DNA of 34,469 bases from Candidatus Doudnabacteria bacterium RIFCSPHIGHO2_01_FULL_45_18. GTDB lineage: Bacteria; Patescibacteriota; Doudnabacteria; UBA920; O2-02-FULL-48-8. Below the pieces are notes generated by a model. The model was not told the DNA's origin. It worked only from the letters and a program-made list of their open reading frames with translations, and made no database searches. Of the stretch, positions 1-6,951 are shown one piece after another (within the stretch, counting starts at the first letter, position 1; the number at the start of each line of letters is the position of its first letter). The translations under genes and the position numbers were made by a program. The stretch covers positions 1 to 34,469 of the forward strand of contig MFEJ01000019.1 in assembly GCA_001779915.1 (NCBI GenBank), in the 5' to 3' direction.

Positions 1-1859
<1,859 letters not shown>

Positions 1860-1879
1860 AAGAAAAAGGCAGGAGTGGA

Positions 1880-2350
1880 TTACTCGTTGCCTAGTTTGCG
1901 AACCTGCTCTTTCAAGCCCTCGATTTCCGATCGCATCTGATCCCGGTCTCTCTTGAGGGACTCAATTTCTAGTTTGAGATCCGGGATCGTCTCTTTCCTG
2001 ACAATTGCGTTGTGCTGCGATAGCGTCAGGATGGAGAAGAGACGCTTGGCCGGGCCGGTATTCATCAGTCCCGTCAGACTACTTCGGCTGCTGTTGGCGC
2101 GTGTTGTAGTTCGGGCGAGCGCGTCAGCAGGAAGGGCGTTGTTCATGAAGACCCAGGCGAAACGCGCCGTGACCTCGATCAGATCTGCGTCGTCCAGGTC
2201 GTCGTTTTTCGGGACACAATTCTGTTTGTTCCGATCGCAGTTTTTCAGGACGAGGTTGTCCCGGACCTCCATCACATTGGCCGTTTGGCCAAGTCCGACA
2301 GAAGCGAACAGTAAAAGTGCCAATACAATCAGGCCGAGAAGCCTAGTCAT
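1880..2350 (-). CDS. Hypothetical secreted protein with an N-terminal signal peptide and C-terminal coiled coil
   Basis: A strong SD (AAGGAGG) lies 5 nt upstream of the ATG. The N-terminus MTRLLGLIVLALLLFASVGLGQT is signal-like. The C-terminus is heptad-like (LKLEIESLKRDRDQMRSEIEGLKEQVRKL). The gene is locally GC-rich. Confidence 0.7.
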   Translation of the reverse strand: MTRLLGLIVLALLLFASVGLGQTANVMEVRDNLVLKNCDRNKQNCVPKNDDLDDADLIEVTARFAWVFMNNALPADALARTTTRANSSRSSLTGLMNTGPAKRLFSILTLSQHNAIVRKETIPDLKLEIESLKRDRDQMRSEIEGLKEQVRKLGNE

Positions 2351-2428
2351 AAGATCCTCCTTATTTGCAATTTTACAGCAGATCCTATATAATATCTACA
2401 CAAGGCCCGGAAAGGCCTTTTAAAAGAG

Positions 2429-2572
2429 CCCAGTAATACAACTTCGATGCTTTTGCCGCAAATGGTTTTTATATATTAGCATCAAAATTATAGATTAAGA
2501 TTGATAATAGTTTTAGTCGTAAATCTTTGGCAAAAGCAGACAAAAACCATTTATCGAAGTTGATATACTGGG
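2429..2572 (+). mobile_element. MITE-like non-autonomous element, copy 1 (144 nt), flanked by AGAG/AGAG direct repeats
   Basis: The termini are CCCAGTAATACAACTTCGAT and ATCGAAGTTGATATACTGGG (17/20 inverted match). The first 28 nt and last ~30 nt are near-identical to the copy at 11402..11548. The flanking 4-mers 2425..2428 and 2573..2576 are both AGAG. Confidence 0.75.
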
Positions 2573-2582
2573 AGAGGCAAAA

Positions 2583-2771
2583 ATGGCGAATCCACTACAA
2601 TTCATCAGGGAAGCAAGAGCCGAATTAGGCAAGGTTGTCTGGCCTTCTCGCAAAGATACGATCCGTGTCACCATCGCTGTGATCGTTTTGTCTCTAGCGG
2701 TTGCGATGTTTTTGGGCGCTGTGGATTACGGCTTGACCAAACTTTTTGAGTGGGTAGTCAATAATCGATAA
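2583..2771 (+). CDS. secE: Preprotein translocase subunit SecE
   Basis: It is a 62-aa single-TM protein whose N-terminus (FIREARAELGKVVWPSRKD) is typical of SecE. It sits directly upstream of nusG. The RBS is GGAGAGG. Confidence 0.9.
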   Translation: MANPLQFIREARAELGKVVWPSRKDTIRVTIAVIVLSLAVAMFLGAVDYGLTKLFEWVVNNR

Positions 2772-2773
2772 TT

Positions 2774-3319
2774 ATGGCCAGGCAGCAAATCACAGGTGAA
2801 AAACATTGGTACGTTTTGCATACCTATTCCGGCTATGAAGATTCGGTAGCGTTTAATTTAAAACAACGTATTGAATCCATGGGCATGGAAGATAAAATTT
2901 TTAACGCCTTGGTGCCGAAGGAAAAAAAGATTAAGATTAAGGACGGCAAGCGCGTCACAGTGGAAGAAAAGATTTTTCCAGGCTACGTTTTAGTTGAAAT
3001 GATTGTCACGGACGATTCGTGGTATGTGGTTCGTAATACACCCAATGTTACGGGATTTGTGGGTTCTGGAACTATTCCAACCCCGGTGTCGGACACGGAA
3101 ATTGGTTCACTGCAGAAGCGTATGGGTGTGGAAGAACCGAAATATAAGATTGATGTAAAGGCCAATGACCTGGTTCGCATTATGGACGGACCGTTTAAAG
3201 ATTACGAAGGCAAAGTTTCGGAAGTTGATGATGAGAAGGGCAAGGTGAAAGTTTTGGTATCCATCTTTGGCCGCGAAACTCCGATTGAATTGGACTTTTT
3301 ACAAATTAAGAAACTATAA
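2774..3319 (+). CDS. nusG: Transcription termination/antitermination factor NusG
   Basis: [12 protein letters not shown] marks the NGN domain and the C-terminus has a KOW motif ([10 protein letters not shown]). The secE-nusG-rplK order is conserved. Confidence 0.95.
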   Translation: MARQQITGEKHWYVLHTYSGYEDSVAFNLKQRIESMGMEDKIFNALVPKEKKIKIKDGKRVTVEEKIFPGYVLVEMIVTDDSWYVVRNTPNVTGFVGSGTIPTPVSDTEIGSLQKRMGVEEPKYKIDVKANDLVRIMDGPFKDYEGKVSEVDDEKGKVKVLVSIFGRETPIELDFLQIKKL

Positions 3320-3741
3320 TGGCGAAAAAAATTAAGACAATCGTTAAGATCCAACTCCCTGCGGGCAAGGCGGCACCCAGTCAGCAAACCGGAACCGCGC
3401 TTGGTCCCCATGGGATTAATATTGCTTCGTTTATAAAAGAGTTTAACGAACGAACTGCACCGATGGGTGATGTGATCATTCCAGCAGAAATTACGATTTT
3501 CGAAGATCGGACTTTTAGCTTTATCCTAAAAACCCCGCCAGCAGCTATTCTGATTCTGAAAGCCGCGGGGATTGATAAAGGTTCAGGCAATCCTCTGAAG
3601 AATAAAGTTGGGACCATTAGTAAGGCCCAGTTGCGAAAAATTGCGGAACAGAAAATGCCGGACTTAAACGCCAACAGCGTCGAAGCCGCTGAAAAGATCG
3701 TGGCAGGTACAGCTCGGTCCATGGGTGTGGAGATTAAGTAA
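3319..3741 (+). CDS. rplK: 50S ribosomal protein L11
   Basis: The sequence [18 protein letters not shown]..PPxGPALG-like and the TPPAA motif fit L11. Its start overlaps the nusG stop as TAATG. Confidence 0.97.
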   Translation: MAKKIKTIVKIQLPAGKAAPSQQTGTALGPHGINIASFIKEFNERTAPMGDVIIPAEITIFEDRTFSFILKTPPAAILILKAAGIDKGSGNPLKNKVGTISKAQLRKIAEQKMPDLNANSVEAAEKIVAGTARSMGVEIK

Positions 3742-3871
3742 AAGTTATTAGTTAATAGTTTTTAGTGATTTCTTAATAATTATTTACTAATAAATTCAAT
3801 AGAAATTATAAATTTTAAATTAGTTATTAATCAGTGGGAGCTCATTGAGCGCTCGCACCACAAAGGAATAT

Positions 3872-4546
3872 ATGGGAAAAAGATTAGATGCCGCGCTAAA
3901 AGAAGTTGACGCGATGAAAGTCTACGCGCTTTCCGAAGGGATTGCCTTGGCCAAGAAAACCGCAACCACGAAATTTGTGGGCAATATTGAAGTGCATGTC
4001 CGACTGGGCATTGATCCGAAGAAATCCGACCAGTCAATTCGCTCAACCGTCACCCTGCCGCACGGTACAGGGAAAACCAAACGGATCGCGGCATTCGTCA
4101 CATCCGGCAGAGAGAAGGAAGCCACAGATGCCGGTGCTGTAGTTGTGGGCGGGGAGGAACTGATAAAGAAAATTAAAGAAACCGAACAGTTAAACTTTGA
4201 TATCGCAATTGCCGAGCCAGCCATGATGGCGAAAATGTCAGCGATTGCGAAATTACTCGGTCCGAAAGGTTTGATGCCGAATCCAAAGTCAGGCACTGTC
4301 AGTGCTGACATTGCGAAAACCGTGAAAGAGTTCGCCACTGGCAAAGCGGAATTTAAAAACGACGAATCTGGCAATGTTCACATGATTTTAGGTAAAAGCA
4401 ATTTTCCGGATGAGCAAATCATTGCGAATTTCAAAACATTTTTAGACGCTCTCAATCAATCCAAGCCCGCGGGGCTCAAAAAAGAATATATCCAGGCAAT
4501 CAGCCTTAACGCCACCATGGGCCCCGGGATAAAAGTGAAAGTTTAA
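3872..4546 (+). CDS. rplA: 50S ribosomal protein L1; start placed at the ATG with an AAGGAA RBS, not the TTG at 3845
   Basis: MGKRLDAALKEVD..YALSEGIALAKK..PHGTGK..LGPKGLMPNPKSGTV is typical L1. Confidence 0.94.
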   Translation: MGKRLDAALKEVDAMKVYALSEGIALAKKTATTKFVGNIEVHVRLGIDPKKSDQSIRSTVTLPHGTGKTKRIAAFVTSGREKEATDAGAVVVGGEELIKKIKETEQLNFDIAIAEPAMMAKMSAIAKLLGPKGLMPNPKSGTVSADIAKTVKEFATGKAEFKNDESGNVHMILGKSNFPDEQIIANFKTFLDALNQSKPAGLKKEYIQAISLNATMGPGIKVKV

Positions 4547-4560
4547 AAAGCGATTTGCCA

Positions 4561-4590
4561 ATAGCACCGAATGGTGCTATTTTTGTTTGT
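4561..4590 (+). terminator. Rho-independent terminator after rplA
   Basis: The hairpin is ATAGCACC-gaat-GGTGCTAT, followed by TTTTGTTTGT. Confidence 0.75.
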
Positions 4591-4605
4591 ATTACGGAGG
4601 ACATA

Positions 4606-5139
4606 ATGACCGAAGGAAGGATGTCGCAATTTCGCGCTGCTGTGCAGGTGGCCAACAGGACCTTGGAGGTTTGCCGGCGGAGCGATATCCGTTTCGGATC
4701 TGGCCTTTTCTACTGGCACGATGGTGAAGACAAGCGGATGCAAAATCCTGACCCTTCTTGTCTGCCAACGGAAGAGGGGATCTTCATCGAGATGGTTCTT
4801 GGTAGTCCGCTCCATCCGCGTGCGATCCTCACGCCTTGGGGCGCGTGGTTCTGCTATCGGGGTTCGTTCATCCTTGATACCCGTCATGTTGCTGTTTTGA
4901 AGCTGATGGGGATTGTATTGGAGAAGGCGAGCAACGAGCCTCTGCACAACGAGCAAAATCAGCTCATCTACGAAGTGCGGGAGGTGGACCGACTTGCAAT
5001 GCCACGGGCTCGGCTGATGCCTTTCGATCAAGTCACGTACGGATCGGGAATGGAAGATCGACTCGAAGAATGGTGTACGCTCATGCGTCAGTACATTCCT
5101 AGTTACCGCCCCGACCTCGTGTTCGAAACTAAGAAGTAG
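4606..5139 (+). CDS. Hypothetical protein (177 aa) with no recognised family, in the GC-richer island
   Basis: GGAGG lies 5 nt upstream of the ATG at 4606. The ORF is bracketed by + strand terminators at 4561..4590 and 5145..5180. The competing antisense ORF runs through both terminators and looks compositional. Confidence 0.6.
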   Translation: MTEGRMSQFRAAVQVANRTLEVCRRSDIRFGSGLFYWHDGEDKRMQNPDPSCLPTEEGIFIEMVLGSPLHPRAILTPWGAWFCYRGSFILDTRHVAVLKLMGIVLEKASNEPLHNEQNQLIYEVREVDRLAMPRARLMPFDQVTYGSGMEDRLEEWCTLMRQYIPSYRPDLVFETKK

Positions 5140-5144
5140 AGTTT

Positions 5145-5180
5145 CTGGCAGCCGCACTCGCCCTGCCAGTTTTTTATTTT
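5145..5180 (+). terminator. Rho-independent terminator after the 177-aa gene
   Basis: The stem is CTGGCAG-ccgcactcgcc-CTGCCAG, followed by TTTTTTATTTT. Confidence 0.75.
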
Positions 5181-5224
5181 GTAGACCAATCACTGCCGAT
5201 GGTTCAAGGGTTGTACACTCAAGA

Positions 5225-5238
5225 TGGCCGATCGGCCA
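5225..5238. promoter_or_regulatory. Perfect 14-bp palindrome TGGCCGATCGGCCA, 15 nt upstream of a -35 box; candidate operator
   Basis: The palindrome was read directly. Its position relative to TTGACA at 5254 suggests an operator. Confidence 0.35.
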
Positions 5239-5253
5239 CCATGGAGGTACAAG

Positions 5254-5281
5254 TTGACATTTCTTTAACTGTATATAAAAT
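5254..5281 (+). promoter_or_regulatory. Sigma70-type promoter: TTGACA, 16-nt spacer, TAAAAT
   Basis: TTGACA lies at 5254..5259 and TAAAAT at 5276..5281. It sits in an otherwise non-coding gap. Confidence 0.55.
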
Positions 5282-5287
5282 AGTATT

Positions 5288-5459
5288 ATGTTAGTTACCC
5301 GAAACAAAAGGATTTGGTCGTCATACGCTGAACTCATCCTAGGACACTAGGACACTAGGGCAATTGTTATCTTCATTTTGTAGCTACCCTCTCCCTCTGG
5401 GAGAGGGGCTGGGGGTGAGGGTTACAATTTCAAAAGCTGCCCTAGTGGGCAGTTTTTTT
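5288..5459 (+). ncRNA. Candidate ~170-nt structured RNA, either a leader/attenuator of the NlpC/P60 gene or a stand-alone sRNA
   Basis: A promoter lies upstream and an intrinsic terminator at the 3' end. Inside are tandem octamers TAGGACAC/TAGGACAC/TAGGGCAA and a 9-bp C-rich/G-rich hairpin. No plausible ORF is present. The TSS position is estimated, not observed. Confidence 0.45.
5436..5459 (+). terminator. Rho-independent terminator, 8 nt upstream of the NlpC/P60 RBS
   Basis: The hairpin is (G)CTGCCC-tagt-GGGCAG followed by TTTTTTT. AAGGAGG begins at 5468. Confidence 0.7.
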
Positions 5460-5478
5460 GTTTGCTCAAGGAGGAGAA

Positions 5479-5979
5479 ATGATTCGTGGATACATGGCTG
5501 TCGGCAACAAGTGCGCGGTTGATTTGGAAGAATTGTGCTTGCCGATATCAACCAAGGCTGCGCTAGAGATTCTCTGGCAAAAAGGGTTTCGGGTCGCTGC
5601 AGTCGATGTCGTTAAACTTGCTCGTGGTTGCGTCAGCAGTAGTCGGTATCGTCGAGGGGCAAATTATTTCGAGGCACCATTCACGGTTGATTGCTCAACA
5701 CTGACCAAATGGGTTTACGCCAAGACAGGAATTTGGCTCCCAAGGCACTCTATCGATCAGCGTGAGATGGGCAAGCGAGTGTCAGATGTCAGAGCTGGTG
5801 ATTTGATTTTTGCGAATGGTGCTAAGCCATATTGGTTTACTGACCCAACCGACGGCGTGGGACACGTTGGTATTTGTACAGGACAGGGTACGGTGATTCA
5901 CGCGGCCAGTAAGGATCGTGGGGTTGTTGAGGATAGCATTGAGGATTTTCGCGATCCAGCGAGAGTTTTAGAGGAATAG
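5479..5979 (+). CDS. NlpC/P60 (C40) family cysteine peptidase / cell-wall hydrolase-like protein, no signal peptide
   Basis: The catalytic-type motifs are present: DCSTLTKWVY (Cys), GHVGICTG (His) and TVIHA (His). An AAGGAGG RBS precedes the ATG at 5479. Confidence 0.85.
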   Translation: MIRGYMAVGNKCAVDLEELCLPISTKAALEILWQKGFRVAAVDVVKLARGCVSSSRYRRGANYFEAPFTVDCSTLTKWVYAKTGIWLPRHSIDQREMGKRVSDVRAGDLIFANGAKPYWFTDPTDGVGHVGICTGQGTVIHAASKDRGVVEDSIEDFRDPARVLEE

Positions 5980-6078
5980 GGAGGTACATAACGGATAATA
6001 CAATCACCCTGGAATCTCCATCAACTCGCCAGGTCGAGTGGTCAGGAGAAATCAGGAACGTGATCGTGCAAACCCTTG

Positions 6079-6114
6079 GCTAACCGTATCAAAATCTCGG
6101 TTAGCTTTTTTTTT
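6079..6114 (+). terminator. Rho-independent terminator at the end of the island
   Basis: The hairpin is GCTAACCG-tatcaaaatct-CGGTTAGC followed by nine T. Confidence 0.8.
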
Positions 6115-6143
6115 ACAAATTTGTTATTATATTTAAGAATTTT

Positions 6144-6728
6144 ATGATTCTATCGGATCGAGATATCAAAAAAGCCCTCAAGAGTGGACGGATTAAAATT
6201 AAACCCGCGCCGGATTTGAAAGTCCAGCTTGGCTCCTGTTCGCTGGATTTGCATTTAGGCAACAACTTTCGCGTGTTTAAACAATCCTCACACCCGTTTA
6301 TAGATTTGAAAGGGCCGGTGGATACAGACAAAATTATGCAGGAGGTCATAGTGTCTGACGACGAACCTTTCATTATGCAACCCGGAGATTTTGCTTTGGC
6401 TACCACAGAAGAAAATTTGGAACTCGCCGATGATTTGCTTGGACGGATCGAAGGCCGGAGTTCACTTGGCCGGCTTGGAATAATTGTTCATGGCACAGCT
6501 TCAATTTTTGATCCTGGCTGGAATGGGAAACCTACTATGGAGCTTGGCAACTTAGGCGTGATGCCGGTTGCGCTGTATCCCGGCATGCGAATTTGCGCGT
6601 TTACCTTTGAGGAAGTTTCTAGTCCAGTGGAAGTGCCTTACAACAAGAAGAAGGATAATAAATATTCCGGCCAGAAAACCCCACTCGCCTCAAAATTGTC
6701 CATCGAAGTCCGTAAGCAAAAAAGATAA
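6144..6728 (+). CDS. dcd: dCTP deaminase (possibly the bifunctional dCTP deaminase/dUTPase type)
   Basis: The N-terminus MILSDRDIKKAL and the motifs SLDLHLG and GRIEGRSSLGRLGI are Dcd hallmarks. Confidence 0.92.
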   Translation: MILSDRDIKKALKSGRIKIKPAPDLKVQLGSCSLDLHLGNNFRVFKQSSHPFIDLKGPVDTDKIMQEVIVSDDEPFIMQPGDFALATTEENLELADDLLGRIEGRSSLGRLGIIVHGTASIFDPGWNGKPTMELGNLGVMPVALYPGMRICAFTFEEVSSPVEVPYNKKKDNKYSGQKTPLASKLSIEVRKQKR

Positions 6729-6768
6729 ACACTTGTTTAGGCAAGTGTTTTAGCAAGTGTTTAAATAT

Positions 6769-6951
6769 ATGCCAAGAAAAATTGATAATAAAAGAAAACT
6801 AACCCGAATCGGCAAATCTTCTCTAGGTTTGTTATTGCCTGCCCAAATGTTGCGCGATCTGAAATGGCGGGAAAAAGAAATGCTGATCGTGAAAAGAATT
6901 CCAGGCGGGTTGGCAATCCACAACGCGAAGACCAAGAAAAGGAAAAAATAA
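6769..6951 (+). CDS. Small AbrB/SpoVT-like DNA-binding protein (60 aa); the GTG at 6757 is an alternative start
   Basis: RIGKSSLGLLLPAQMLRDLKW..EMLIVKR resembles the swapped-hairpin AbrB/MazE fold and the tail is basic. Its stop overlaps the tmk start as TAATG. Confidence 0.5.
   Translation: MPRKIDNKRKLTRIGKSSLGLLLPAQMLRDLKWREKEMLIVKRIPGGLAIHNAKTKKRKK

Noticed and set aside
1953-2423. A 156-aa ORF on the plus strand that exactly mirrors the secreted-protein gene.
   Set aside because: Its translation is R/S-rich and nonsense-like, and it has no RBS. The minus-strand partner has a perfect SD, a signal peptide and a coiled coil.
2402-2423. A hairpin plus T-run on the + strand, upstream of MITE copy 1, considered as a terminator feature.
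   Set aside because: There is no + strand gene upstream to terminate. It may insulate against antisense transcription or be a relic, which is too uncertain to annotate. It is mentioned under the 1880..2423 finding.
3781-3792. The shared 11-mer TATTTACTAAT in the rplK-rplA spacer and the gltX upstream region (about 22913).
   Set aside because: A single short AT-rich word in AT-rich intergenic DNA is compatible with chance. There is no extended similarity around it.
4543-5337. A 264-aa ORF on the minus strand, the longest ORF in the island.
   Set aside because: It runs antisense through two + strand terminators and the candidate promoter. It has no RBS, and its sequence is R/P/H-rich and low in complexity, as expected from the antisense frame of GC-rich coding DNA. 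The + strand ORF has an SD and is bracketed by terminators.
5340-5363. Tandem repeats considered as a CRISPR-like or ToxI-like array.
   Set aside because: There are only about 2.6 units of 8 nt and no spacers. Known type III antitoxin repeats are ~34-36 nt. The overall layout analogy is kept as a hypothesis in the findings, but the repeats themselves do not qualify as an array.
5288-5459. A possible c-di-AMP (ydaO-type) riboswitch, since that class often precedes NlpC/P60 genes and the leader contains ACCCGAA and GGGGUGA-like words.
   Set aside because: The order of the shared words is reversed relative to the remembered ydaO consensus, and the pseudo-twofold architecture is not evident. I cannot run a covariance model, so this remains unassigned rather than excluded.
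6864-6950. Long N-terminal extensions in the ORF track for tmk (6864), the HD protein (9605), rplI (13085), rplA (3845), NlpC/P60 (5458), the helicase (32075) and the PQQ dehydrogenase (27147).
   Set aside because: Each extension overlaps the upstream gene, a terminator or a promoter. Each also precedes an internal ATG that has a better RBS and the conserved family N-terminus.
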